Shown here: piece after piece, positions 1-9,600 of the stretch | How the letters are laid out: every line of letters begins with the position of its first letter | Position numbering within the stretch: position 1 is the stretch's first letter | Assembly (NCBI GenBank): GCA_900318045.1 | Contig: ONJE01000002.1 | Location: forward strand, 1-42,039 | Length of the DNA stretch: 42,039 nt | Direction of reading: 5' to 3' | Source of the DNA: an uncultured Eubacteriales bacterium | GTDB taxonomy: Bacteria > Bacillota > Clostridia > Christensenellales > Aristaeellaceae | Notes under the pieces: model-generated | Seen by the model: the letters and a program-made list of their open reading frames with translations, nothing else | Database searches by the model: none | What the model was told of the DNA's origin: nothing | Program-made: the position numbers and the translations under genes

Positions 1-145
1 TTTGCATGCGCGCCTGACGGATCTGCAGCGAAGCTTCCAGACAAAATCCACACACCGATCGACCACCTTAATCATGCAGTATTTCCTTATAGGGTATCGG
101 GGGATTCAGGCCAGCACGATGTGCAAGTGATTTCGCGAAGGTTTG

Positions 146-838
146 TTACTTCCTGTTCTTGCTCATAATTTGCAGGATGCGCAGGAACAGGTTGACGATG
201 TCCAGGTACAGCGACGCAGACAGGTCGATGGCGTTGTTTACCGTGCGGGCGCAGGTGTTGGCCCGGGACCAGTCATAGCCGATGAACAGCGAGAAGATGG
301 CCGTGCCGAGCCACTCATACAGCATCCCGGAGCGGCGTCCAAACAGCAGCATGCTGATGCCGCTGCCAACGACCATGAAGAACAGCGCGAAAATCAGCAC
401 CCGGCCCATCTTCAGGAAGAAGCCGGGAAACAGCGTGCCTACGATCATGAAGGACAGCGATACGATGGACGTCACCAGCACGGCGCTCTTGACGGTGTTT
501 ACGGGGATACCCTGGAGCGTCACGCACAGCACGATGCCGATGGGCGCGGCGATCAGCGTATAGCCGATGAAGCTGAGCCCGGCCCCGCCCTGGGTCACCA
601 TCACGTTGCCGGCAATCACCAGCGCAAAGTAGATGGCGATGAACAGTATGGGATTCATGCCCATGACCAAATGAATGGCCTGCTCGGCGAACAGCGTCAC
701 TGTCAGGTAGTTCAGGAGGAAGCCCCACAGCAGCATGCCGCCGATGATCAGGTTGAAGGCGCGCTCGGAAATCTCGGTTTCGCCTTCTTGAATATACGCG
801 CTCTTTTCGAGGATGACCTTGGTATTGCCCAATGCCAT
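146..838 (-). CDS. Bax inhibitor-1/YccA family membrane protein (UPF0005)
   Basis: ORF 146..871(-). About 7 hydrophobic helices and a C-terminal AIDLSASLYLDIVNLFLRILQI tail typical of BI-1/YccA proteins. Start moved to ATG at 838, which has GGAGG (851-847) about 8 nt upstream. Confidence 0.8.
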   Translation of the reverse strand: MALGNTKVILEKSAYIQEGETEISERAFNLIIGGMLLWGFLLNYLTVTLFAEQAIHLVMGMNPILFIAIYFALVIAGNVMVTQGGAGLSFIGYTLIAAPIGIVLCVTLQGIPVNTVKSAVLVTSIVSLSFMIVGTLFPGFFLKMGRVLIFALFFMVVGSGISMLLFGRRSGMLYEWLGTAIFSLFIGYDWSRANTCARTVNNAIDLSASLYLDIVNLFLRILQIMSKNRK

Positions 839-894
839 ATCCCAAACCTCCTTTTTGCCAATAATACACAAAAAACAATGTTTTTGCTGGGCAT

Positions 895-923
895 ATTCTA
901 CCCCATCACAGAGGGATTGTCAA
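895..923 (-). promoter_or_regulatory. sigma-A type promoter for the BI-1 gene
   Basis: Minus strand reads TTGACA (923-918), 17-nt spacer, TAGAAT (900-895), about 55 nt upstream of the ATG at 838. Confidence 0.5.
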
Positions 924-936
924 CGATTTTTACAAA

Positions 937-965
937 TTGACATTCGCGCTGTTTAATGGTAAAAT
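937..965 (+). promoter_or_regulatory. sigma-A type promoter (extended -10) for cobB operon
   Basis: TTGACA 937-942, 17-nt spacer ending in TGg, TAAAAT 960-965. Divergent from the BI-1 promoter. Confidence 0.55.
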
Positions 966-999
966 AACATCGGATGTTATTGACGGGGAGGGCTCAGGA

Positions 1000-1710
1000 A
1001 TGAACGAGACGCTGGCAAGCTGGATCAGGGAAAGCAAACGCATCGTTTTCTTCGGTGGCGCGGGCGTGTCCACCGAGAGCGGCATACCGGATTTCAGGAG
1101 CGTGGACGGACTCTATAACCAACAGTATGACTATCCGCCCGAGACGATACTCAGCCACACCTTCTTCATGCGCAAACCGGAAGAATTCTTCAGATTTTAC
1201 CGAAACAAGATGCTCTTTCCCGACGCCCAGCCCAACGCGGCCCACATCAAGCTGGCTCAATGGGAGGACGAAGGCAAGCTGACCGGTGTGGTCACCCAGA
1301 ACATTGACGGCCTGCACCAAAAGGCGGGTTCGAAGAAAGTATACGAATTGCACGGTTCGGTGCTGCGCAACTATTGCATGCGCTGCGGCAAATTCTACGA
1401 CCTGGACCACATCATGCACACCACCGGGGTACCCAAGTGCGAGTGCGGCGGCACCATCAAGCCGGACGTGGTGCTCTACGAGGAATCTTTGGACAACGGC
1501 GTGGTGAACGGCGCCTGCGCGGCCATAGAGCAGGCGGATATGATGATCATCGGCGGCACGTCGCTGAACGTCTATCCGGCCGCGGGCCTTGTGGATCTGT
1601 ACCGGGGCAACAAGCTTGTGCTGGTCAACCTGTCCAGCACGCCCCAGGACCGCCGGGCCAACCTGGTCATACACGAGCGCATCGGCCAGGTTTTTGCCGA
1701 CCTGCCCTGA
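1000..1710 (+). CDS. cobB: NAD-dependent protein deacylase, Sir2/CobB family
   Basis: GAGVSTESGIPDFRS NAD-binding motif, QNIDGLH, catalytic His in ELHGS, Zn ribbon CMRCG...CECGG. ATG 1000 is preceded by GGGGAGG (985-991). Confidence 0.9.
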   Translation: MNETLASWIRESKRIVFFGGAGVSTESGIPDFRSVDGLYNQQYDYPPETILSHTFFMRKPEEFFRFYRNKMLFPDAQPNAAHIKLAQWEDEGKLTGVVTQNIDGLHQKAGSKKVYELHGSVLRNYCMRCGKFYDLDHIMHTTGVPKCECGGTIKPDVVLYEESLDNGVVNGACAAIEQADMMIIGGTSLNVYPAAGLVDLYRGNKLVLVNLSSTPQDRRANLVIHERIGQVFADLP

Positions 1711-1711
1711 C

Positions 1712-2215
1712 ATGGCGGAGCGCATCACGGCATTCCCACCGGTGGCGCCGCCCGGGGCGCGGGTGCTGATCCTGGGCAGCATGCCCAGCGTGGAATCGCT
1801 GAACCAGGGCTTCTATTACGCCCATCCCCGCAACGCATTCTGGCACATACTGGCCGATGTATACGGTGAGCCCCTCCCAGTGGACATCCCCGGAAAGGTC
1901 GCGCTGCTGACGCGGCATGACATCGCCCTGTGGGATGTGCTTCAGAGCTGTGAGCGCCAGGGTTCGCTGGACAGCGCCATTCGCCAGCCCACGCCCAACG
2001 ACTTTCGAGGCCTGTTCCTGCGCTGCTCCGGTATCCGGCAGATACGTTTCAACGGCGGCACGGCCGAGCGGTTGTTCATGAAGTGGGGCAGGCCCTTCAC
2101 CGAAGGGCGGGATTGCCGTAGGGTGCCTTCCACCAGCCCAGCCTACACAATATCCTATGAAAGGAAACTGGCGCAATGGCGTCAGGCTTTGAATTATGAG
2201 TATGAATCCCTGTGA
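1712..2215 (+). CDS. DNA-deoxyinosine (hypoxanthine) glycosylase, UDG superfamily
   Basis: 167 aa. LILGSMPSVESL...YYAHPRNAFWHIL...WDV pattern typical of the small hypoxanthine-DNA glycosylase branch of uracil-DNA glycosylases. ATG 1712 lies 1 nt after the cobB stop. Confidence 0.7.
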   Translation: MAERITAFPPVAPPGARVLILGSMPSVESLNQGFYYAHPRNAFWHILADVYGEPLPVDIPGKVALLTRHDIALWDVLQSCERQGSLDSAIRQPTPNDFRGLFLRCSGIRQIRFNGGTAERLFMKWGRPFTEGRDCRRVPSTSPAYTISYERKLAQWRQALNYEYESL

Positions 2216-3506
2216 TATCATCCGCAAAAAGCGGTTTGGCGAGGAACTCAACGAGGTTGAGATCCGCGCCTTCGTGGATGGCATCGTGGACGGCAGCTTT
2301 GCCGACTACCAGGCCTCGGCGCTGCTGATGGCCATCTGCATCAATGGCATGACTGACCGTGAGACCCTGGCCCTGACGCTGGCCATGGCGAAATCCGGCG
2401 ACACGCTGGACCTGTCCGACATTCCCGGCGTCAAGGCCGACAAGCACTCCACCGGTGGCGTGGGCGACACCACTTCGCTGATCCTGGTGCCCCTGGTGGC
2501 CGCCTGCGGGGTGAAGATGGCCAAGATGTCCGGTCGGGGCCTGGGCTTTACCGGCGGCACGCTGGACAAGCTGGAATCCATTCCCGGCATGAGCATTGCC
2601 AAGGACATCGCGGATTTCAAGCAGCAGGTGAAAGACATCGGCTGCGCGATCATCGGCCAGACCGCCGAGCTGGCCCCGGCGGACAAGGTGCTCTACGCAC
2701 TGCGTGACGTGACCGCAACGGTGGATTGCCTGCCTCTGATCGTGTCGTCGATCCTGTCCAAGAAGCTGGCGGCGGGCTGCGACGTGGTGGTGCTGGATGT
2801 CAAGTCCGGCAGCGGCGCGCTCATGGACACCCCGGAAAAATCCCGGCAGCTGGCGGAGATGATGGTGCGTATCGGCGACCTGAGCGGCAAGCGCTTCTCG
2901 GCGCTGATCACCGACATGGACCAGCCTTTGGGCAACTACATCGGCAACGCCCTGGAGGTGGAGGAGGCCATCGATGTGCTGGCCGGGCGCACTGAGGGCG
3001 AACTGAAAACAGTGGCGTTGACTTTGGGCGCCCACATATTGCGCAACGCCGGGGCCACCCCCGATGTGGATGCCGGTATCGCCATGCTGGAGGCGAAGAT
3101 CGCCAGCGGCGAGGGCCTGAAGCTCTTCGGGGACATGATCGAAGCCCAGGGCGGCGACCGCAGGGTCGTGGAGGACACCGGCTTGCTGCCCAAGGCTCCC
3201 TACAAGGTGGAGTTGAAGGCGGATAAGGGCGGATATGTGACGAAGATGCATACCAGCGACATCGGCAACGCCGCCAAACTGCTGGGTGCGGGCCGCGAGC
3301 GCAAGACGGACGTCCTGGACCTGTCTGTGGGCATCGTGATGAACGTCCGCCTGGGCGACGCCGTGAAGAAGGGCGACACTTTGGCAACCCTGCATGTGGG
3401 CGAGAAGTCCGACAAAGTAGGCGCATACAACCTGCTGAAGAAGTCCATCGTCATCGGGGACGAAAAGCCCGAGCTCAAGCCGCTGATTCAGGCGGTTGTG
3501 GAATGA
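2196..3506 (+). CDS. pdp: pyrimidine-nucleoside (thymidine) phosphorylase
   Basis: 436 aa. N-terminal helical domain (IIRKKRFGEELNEVEIRAFVDGIVDG), KHSTGGVGD phosphate-binding motif, and a C-terminal PYNP domain. Overlaps the preceding gene by 20 nt. Confidence 0.92.
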   Translation: MSMNPCDIIRKKRFGEELNEVEIRAFVDGIVDGSFADYQASALLMAICINGMTDRETLALTLAMAKSGDTLDLSDIPGVKADKHSTGGVGDTTSLILVPLVAACGVKMAKMSGRGLGFTGGTLDKLESIPGMSIAKDIADFKQQVKDIGCAIIGQTAELAPADKVLYALRDVTATVDCLPLIVSSILSKKLAAGCDVVVLDVKSGSGALMDTPEKSRQLAEMMVRIGDLSGKRFSALITDMDQPLGNYIGNALEVEEAIDVLAGRTEGELKTVALTLGAHILRNAGATPDVDAGIAMLEAKIASGEGLKLFGDMIEAQGGDRRVVEDTGLLPKAPYKVELKADKGGYVTKMHTSDIGNAAKLLGAGRERKTDVLDLSVGIVMNVRLGDAVKKGDTLATLHVGEKSDKVGAYNLLKKSIVIGDEKPELKPLIQAVVE

Positions 3507-4449
3507 CGGGCGGCCATTCATGAGCAGAAGCAAACGAGAGGCGCGGGAGCCGATGATTCCCGCGCCAAATCGAAACAAGCATATTTGGACCGCCGGAGAT
3601 GGCGGCATTAGAACGGGCTGGCTGCTGACGGTCAGCCTGTTTGGCTATACACTGGTGACGCTGGCGACCCGCTATGGCCTCATCCGCGCCTTTACAGCGC
3701 TGTTTGAAACGTGGGGGGTGTATGCGACCAACGTCCACCGAGCGCCAGCCTGGAGCAGATTCATCTACGTATGGCACGGCAGCATCGCTACCCTGGCCTT
3801 TGCCGCATTGACGCTGCTGCTGGCCGGTTGGCTGCGTAGATTGTGGAGACTGGAGGGCGCGCTGCTTGAACCGCCCTCCGGTGGACTATGGAAAGGGACC
3901 GTGGTCGGTATTCTCGGGCCACTGATCGTAGCGGCGCTGTGCCTCTTTCCCGACAGCATGAGATGGGAGTGGCCGCTGACCGCGCCGAGGTTTTCATGGA
4001 CGTTGCCCGTTATGGCTATCGTCAGCCTGATTTCCACCTTTGCGGAGGAGGCGTTCACCAAGCGGGTGATCTTTGACGGGCTTCAGGTGCGCTGGAACAG
4101 GCTTTGGGCCACTGTAGCGGTATGCGCTGTATTTCTGCTGGGCAGTGGCTTCGGTGGGAGCGTCATCGGAGCAGTCAATACCCTGCTGCTGGGTGGGGTG
4201 GTATGCGCGCTCTATGCCCGATATGGTTTTTGGACTTCGGTCGGGTTTCGTTGGGGCTGGAGCATGACGAACGTGTTTCTGCTGGGCTTCGGCGGTGGCG
4301 ATGCAGCGGTTTACCGGTTTTATGGTGTCTCTGAGGCGTTGATGACCGGGGGCGACACCGGCCTGATGCACGGACTTTGGACCACGCTGTTGCTGGTGTG
4401 CATGAACATCGCCTTGATCCTCAATATGCGGTTGCACAAAGTGTCATGA
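3496..4449 (+). CDS. polytopic membrane protein, degenerate CPBP (CAAX protease/Abi)-like
   Basis: About 8 hydrophobic segments. FAEEAFTKRVIF resembles CPBP motif 1 (EExxxR). The start is uncertain (ATG 3496 overlaps pdp; ATG 3520 is an alternative). Confidence 0.6.
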   Translation: MWNDGRPFMSRSKREAREPMIPAPNRNKHIWTAGDGGIRTGWLLTVSLFGYTLVTLATRYGLIRAFTALFETWGVYATNVHRAPAWSRFIYVWHGSIATLAFAALTLLLAGWLRRLWRLEGALLEPPSGGLWKGTVVGILGPLIVAALCLFPDSMRWEWPLTAPRFSWTLPVMAIVSLISTFAEEAFTKRVIFDGLQVRWNRLWATVAVCAVFLLGSGFGGSVIGAVNTLLLGGVVCALYARYGFWTSVGFRWGWSMTNVFLLGFGGGDAAVYRFYGVSEALMTGGDTGLMHGLWTTLLLVCMNIALILNMRLHKVS

Positions 4450-4464
4450 CCACAGGTAAATAAC

Positions 4465-4491
4465 GCAGGGGCGGCGCATCGCCGCCCCTGC
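4465..4491 (+). terminator. GC-rich hairpin after the cobB-pdp-CPBP operon
   Basis: Perfect 12-bp stem GCAGGGGCGGCG/CGCCGCCCCTGC with a 3-nt loop, 16 nt after the stop at 4449. No clear T tract on the + strand. Confidence 0.5.
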
Positions 4492-4726
4492 TGTCAATCC
4501 CCATAAAAAAGAAGCAGGCCGCACTTCCCGACGATGCGCGATGGGGGAGCGTATCGCCGTTTCCGATTTCATGAGGGGGGAGAAATATGAGGGAGATCAA
4601 CATAGTCGGAAGTGCGACCTGCCCTGTATAGGCATATTAATGCATCAATATCAACTGAATATTAACTGCTTGAAACATTTCCAAAATTTGGCTTGCCATT
4701 GATTTCATTATTTATCATATACAACC

Positions 4727-4755
4727 TTGAATATTCATTGGATAGTGTGTATAAT
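4727..4755 (+). promoter_or_regulatory. sigma-A type promoter for patB-like operon
   Basis: TTGAAT 4727-4732, 17-nt spacer, TATAAT 4750-4755, within an AT-rich spacer. Confidence 0.6.
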
Positions 4756-4795
4756 AAATCTGTAATATTTTATGGGACGATGGGGGACGCACGGT

Positions 4796-5977
4796 ATGCG
4801 ACAGGAGATGCGGTCCTATTTGGACCTATCCGTGGACAGACGTGGTACCAACTGCGAAAAGTGGGATATGCTCGGCCACTACTTTGGCCGGGATGACCTG
4901 CTGGCCATGTGGGTGGCGGACATGGATTTCAGGACCGTGCCCCAGGTGCGGGACGCCCTTGTCGAGCGCGCCGGCCACGCCATATACGGCTATACCGACA
5001 ACAGCGCCGAGGAGCGCGAAGCGGAGATGGGCTGGCTCTGGCGTCGCCACGGGTTGAAGGTTGAAATCGACTGGATTCTGTACAGCCCCGGCGTGGTGGA
5101 CAGCATCTTCTTCTGCGTATCTTCCCTGACCGGCCCGGAGGATGCGGTATTGATCCAGACACCGGTTTACGGCCCCTTCTTTCGTGCGGCAGAGCTCTAT
5201 GACAGAAAGCTGATTACAAGCCCGCTGATTCGGGGAGAATCCGGTTGGCAGATGTATTTTGACGATCTGGAGAAGAAGTTTGCCCGAGGCGTGCGCATGA
5301 TGATACTGTGCAGTCCCCACAACCCGGTGGGTCGCGTGTGGACCCGGGAGGAGCTACAGCGGCTCGTCGGTCTGGCTGCGCGGTACAACGTAATCATCGT
5401 AAGCGATGAGATCCATGCGGATTTCACCTTCGATGGCCACCGCCAAACGCGCATTCTGGCCTTGGATGGTGCGGACAGGAACTGTATTATGTTGACTTCG
5501 GCCACAAAGTCTTTCAATCTGGCCGGGCTCAGGCATTCCAGCATCATTGTGCCGAATCCCGAACTCAGGGAGGCGATTTCCAAAGCCCTGATCCGGGCGC
5601 ATGCCATCTCGCCAAACATATTCGGCTCCATCGCCCAGACCACCGCGTATCGCTGCGGCGACGAATGGATGGACGCCGTTGTCGAATACATCAGGGAAAA
5701 CCGGGACTACACCGTCGAATTCCTGCGCGAGCGCCTGCCGGAGATCGGCTGCGCGCCCCAGGAGGGAACCTACCTGATGTGGCTGGACTTTACAGGGCTT
5801 GGCCTTCCCCACGAGGATGTGCTGAGCCTGCTGGTGAACAAAGCCCGTGTGGCGATGAATGATGGCCTGTTTTTCGGTGAAGAAGGCCGCGGCTGGTTCC
5901 GGATGAACCTGGCGACGCCCCGGGCAAATGTTGAAATGGCCCTTGAAAACATAAGCAAAGCGATACGGAGTCGGTAA
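4796..5977 (+). CDS. patB: PLP-dependent C-S lyase (MalY/PatB cystathionine beta-lyase family, aminotransferase class I/II)
   Basis: N-terminal DRRGTNCEKWD signature, SPHNPVGRVW, and SATKSFNLAGL (PLP lysine). Start is ATG 4796 or 4808; 4772 is unlikely. Confidence 0.85.
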   Translation: MRQEMRSYLDLSVDRRGTNCEKWDMLGHYFGRDDLLAMWVADMDFRTVPQVRDALVERAGHAIYGYTDNSAEEREAEMGWLWRRHGLKVEIDWILYSPGVVDSIFFCVSSLTGPEDAVLIQTPVYGPFFRAAELYDRKLITSPLIRGESGWQMYFDDLEKKFARGVRMMILCSPHNPVGRVWTREELQRLVGLAARYNVIIVSDEIHADFTFDGHRQTRILALDGADRNCIMLTSATKSFNLAGLRHSSIIVPNPELREAISKALIRAHAISPNIFGSIAQTTAYRCGDEWMDAVVEYIRENRDYTVEFLRERLPEIGCAPQEGTYLMWLDFTGLGLPHEDVLSLLVNKARVAMNDGLFFGEEGRGWFRMNLATPRANVEMALENISKAIRSR

Positions 5978-5980
5978 ACT

Positions 5981-6589
5981 GTGATGAATCTGTTCGAGAG
6001 GCTCTTCAAGAAGAAGGCAGACAAATATATCGCACTGGACGTTGAACTGGACGGCATGCACCCGAGCCATATCATTCAGCTGTCCTACCTGGTGATCGAG
6101 GGTCGCAGGATCCGGGGCAAGAACTTCTACTTCGCCGCGAAGGCCATCAATCGCTATGCCCGTCAGGTGCATGGCATCAGCGTCTATCAGCTGAGAAAAC
6201 TGTCCGGCGGCAAGGGCTTCATCGATTACGCCGATGAGATTTACCGGGATTTCATCGATTGTAAGCTGATCATCGGCCATGACGTGGCCGGGGACATCCG
6301 CTACCTGCGCCGGGAATTCGACCACATCGGCATAAAGCTGCCCAACTACCCCATATTTTGCACACTGAAGCACTACACCCAGGAGGCGCACATTCCTCTG
6401 AAGCAGAACCCGAATGTGATGAAGCCGCCCAAGCTGACGGAACTGACCGACCACTTTGGGCTCTCCCAGGATTTCATCGCCGGCAAGTGCCACAAGTGGT
6501 ACGGCGAGGGGGGAGACCATCCTCACGACGCGCGATACGATGCCGCCGCAGCCTATCTCTGCATGCTGGTGGGCGAGGAAATGGCATGA
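5981..6589 (+). CDS. DnaQ-like DEDDh 3'-5' exonuclease
   Basis: Exo I ALDVELDG, Exo II IIGHDVAGDIRYL, Exo III HDARYDAAAAY. Start is GTG 5981 or ATG 5984, 3-6 nt after the patB stop. Confidence 0.8.
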   Translation: MMNLFERLFKKKADKYIALDVELDGMHPSHIIQLSYLVIEGRRIRGKNFYFAAKAINRYARQVHGISVYQLRKLSGGKGFIDYADEIYRDFIDCKLIIGHDVAGDIRYLRREFDHIGIKLPNYPIFCTLKHYTQEAHIPLKQNPNVMKPPKLTELTDHFGLSQDFIAGKCHKWYGEGGDHPHDARYDAAAAYLCMLVGEEMA

Positions 6590-6622
6590 AAAACGAATCT
6601 TACCCGAACAGAAAGGAGCTGG

Positions 6623-9600
6623 ATGATGAAAAAGACAGCGCTATTGTTGGTATTATGCCTGCTGGCAACGATGCTGCCCGGAGTCGGCTATACTGAGGAC
6701 GAGCCGATAAGCAATGAGGCAGATATGCAGATCGAAGATATTGTGATGGGCGAGGATGTGCAGATCGACCTGATGGAGGAAGAGGATTCCGACTTCATGT
6801 TGATTGAAGGTGCGCTGGACCTCGACCTTGAAGCACCCGCGGGGGACATCCCGGAGCCCGGAGTTGCGGACGGGCCGGTCCAGGACGACCCCGCAGTGGA
6901 GACGATCAACGATTCGACACCCTATGTCGATCCGGAAGGCCCCCAGCTGGTGACCAATTCGAGAACGCTGGGCATCGAGGACTATTTCTACCTTGAGGCG
7001 AAGATGCCCGATGGCAGTACGGACGGCATCACCTATGTCAGCAGCGATTCCTCCATTGCCAAGGTATACAAGAGCGGCCGGGTGACCGGCGTATCCGTGG
7101 GATTTGCCAGCATCACGGCAGTCGCGGAAAACGGCAAATACAGCGAATGCTTTATCTATGTCAAAAAGGCCCCTGAGGCAATCTCCTTCGGCATGGACAG
7201 CCTGACCCTCGGCAAGGGCGAGACCTACGACCGGCTGGTCATTGCCTTGGGCAGCCCGGCGGAGGAGTACGCGGGCACCTATACCCTCACAAGTGAAAAT
7301 ACCGGCGTCGTCAAGGTCAAGAAGAACGGCACCCTGAAGGGCGTGAAGGTCGGCAAGGGGCGCATCAAGGTTGAGACCTACAACGGTCTCAAGGCCACCC
7401 TCCCGGTCACCGTCGCCAATGCTCCCGGCAAGATCACCCTGAGCGTGGACAAGGCGGTTCTCGGCGTGGGCGAGGGTGGCAAGGTGAGCTACAAGCTGCC
7501 GAAGAAAACGGCCGGCACCGTCACTTTTGCCAGCAGCAACCCGGAGATCGTCAGCGTGGACAGCACGACCGGCGCGATCATGGGTGTAGCCGAGGGCACG
7601 GCGACCATCACCGGCAAGACCTTCAACGGCAAGAAGGGGACCGTAAAAGTAACCGTCACGGCCGAACCCGAGGCGCTGAGCTTTATCGGCGACATCAGGC
7701 TGGGTGTGGGCATGGAGGTGAAAGCCCGCGATTACCTGACCGAGGGCGGCGACAGCGACGTTACCTTCAAGGTCAAGAACAAGAAGATTGCCACCTGCAC
7801 CGCCGGCGTCCTCAAGGGCGTCAAAAAGGGCAAGACCGTATTGACGGCGACAGCCTATAACGGCCTCACGGCCCAGTGTAACATCCAGGTGGTGGCCGCG
7901 CCCACGAAGGTGCAGCTGCCTTATACGGAGCTGGAAATCGGCGTCAAGCAGAGTGTCAGGCTGGAACCCAGCGTGGGTTCCTCCGCCAGCACCTATACCT
8001 ATTCCTCCAGCAACGCGAAGGTGGCCAAGGTATCGTCCAACGGCACGGTTACCGGCGTGAAAAAGGGCACGGCCACCATCACCGTGAAGACCTACAATGG
8101 AAAGAAGTGTACCCTGAAGGTTAAGGTCGTCAAGGCGCCCTCGTCGGTGGAGCTGTCCCCGGATAATCTGGCGCTGAGCATAGGCGAAAGCGCCGCGTTG
8201 AGCTGGACCTTCCCGAAGGGCAGCGCATCCGGCGTGTCCTTCGAATCCAGCGCTCCCGAGATCGCTGCGGTCGATCCCGAAACCGGGCTTGTCACCGGCG
8301 TTTCCAGCGGTACCGCTATAATCACCGTGACCACTTCCAATGGCAAGCAGGACCAGACGACCGTAACGGTGGGCAACGGTGACGTGGAATGGATACGATT
8401 CACAGAGGATTACGCCTCGATCGGGGTCGGCCAACAGCGCCAGCTGTACGTCGAGATGAACCCCGGCGCCCAGGCCTCTGTCAGCTATGTCAGCGCGGAT
8501 GAAGGAATCGCCACCGTCTCCGGCAGCGGCGTCGTCACCGGCATGAGCGAGGGTCAGACGACCATCATCGCCGATACCGGCGTCGAAGGCATCACCGCCC
8601 AGATGACGGTGTCCGTGCTGCCCGCGCCCGACAGCGTGTGGTTTGATCCGGACGCCATGACCCTCAAGGTCGGCGATAGTGTATTGCTGATGCCGGTGAC
8701 CCCCGAGGGCACCGCCACAGCCTTTACATACAGTTCTTCCAAGCCGGAGGTGGCTTCGGTTTCCGATGACGGCACCCTGTCCGCCCTGTCCAACGGCGAT
8801 ACCAAGGTGACGGTCACCACGTCGAACGGTTTGAAGGCGACGCTGGCGGTGACCGTTGTTGACCCCCTCTATCCCGAGAGCGCCAGGCTGACCAACGCTC
8901 CCTCCACGATGAAGGCGGGCGACCAGCTTCAGTTGGAATGGAAGGTCACGCCCTCCGACGCCTATGTGGACTTTGCCTGGGAATCCTCGAACGCGAATAT
9001 CGCCTATGTGGATGGCGCGGGTATGCTGTATGCGGTGAGCGCGGGTTACGCCACGATCACGGCCAAATCCCAGCGCAATCCCAACATCGTGCTGAGCTTC
9101 AAGGTCAGCGTCGAATCTGACAGCGTGGTGCTCACCATGCCGGAGCGCATCACCGCGGTGTCAGGTATCTCAAGGAACCTGGAGAAGATCGACGCCATCC
9201 GGGTGTGCGCCATCGGCCAGATCGACGCCATGAAGGACAGCGGCGAGATCACCAGCGCCGACGCTTCCAAGCGCAAGCGCATCATCAACAATGCCTTTGG
9301 CGATTACGCTTTTCCGTGGGCTACGCTGAAAAAACAACTCTATTGGAAGAAGGAAAACTCCGAGGGCGGCGTAAAGGACTTCAAGCCGGGCCAGGTGTAC
9401 TACGGCGTTCCCTATATCTCCGGCTCTGGCGATAATCGGGAATACAACGTGCCGAAGCTGCTGGATGAGGGTATTTACTACGAAAGCGGCAAGGGCTACT
9501 ACATACTCGATCAAACGAAAATCAGTGGCCGAAAGTACTACGGCAACGATTGCTCCTGCTTCGTGGACGCTGCCATCTGGGGCACCAACAGCAGCCACAG

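Noticed and set aside
1-129. Possible partial genes at the left edge: a minus-strand ATG at 75 reading out of the window (MIKVVDRCVDFVWKL...), or a plus-strand C-terminus ending at TGA 127-129.
   Set aside because: Both are too short, no family is recognisable, and the two readings are mutually exclusive.
1000-1710. Sir2-domain protein as a possible anti-phage effector (Thoeris ThsA, DSR, SIR2-HerA type).
   Set aside because: It is a short, canonical CobB-type sirtuin with a Zn ribbon and catalytic His. It has no SLOG/TIR/helicase/pAgo partner and sits in a housekeeping operon.
4571-4705. Mini-ORFs in the AT-rich spacer: a 14-codon ORF (ATG 4587, MREINIVGSATCPV) with a strong GGGGGGAG SD, and an overlapping 44-codon Cys-rich ORF (ATG 4571).
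   Set aside because: No promoter was recognised upstream. The composition is atypical for coding DNA in this genome, both are too short to evaluate, and the 44-codon ORF lacks an SD. Possibly a leader peptide, but unsupported.
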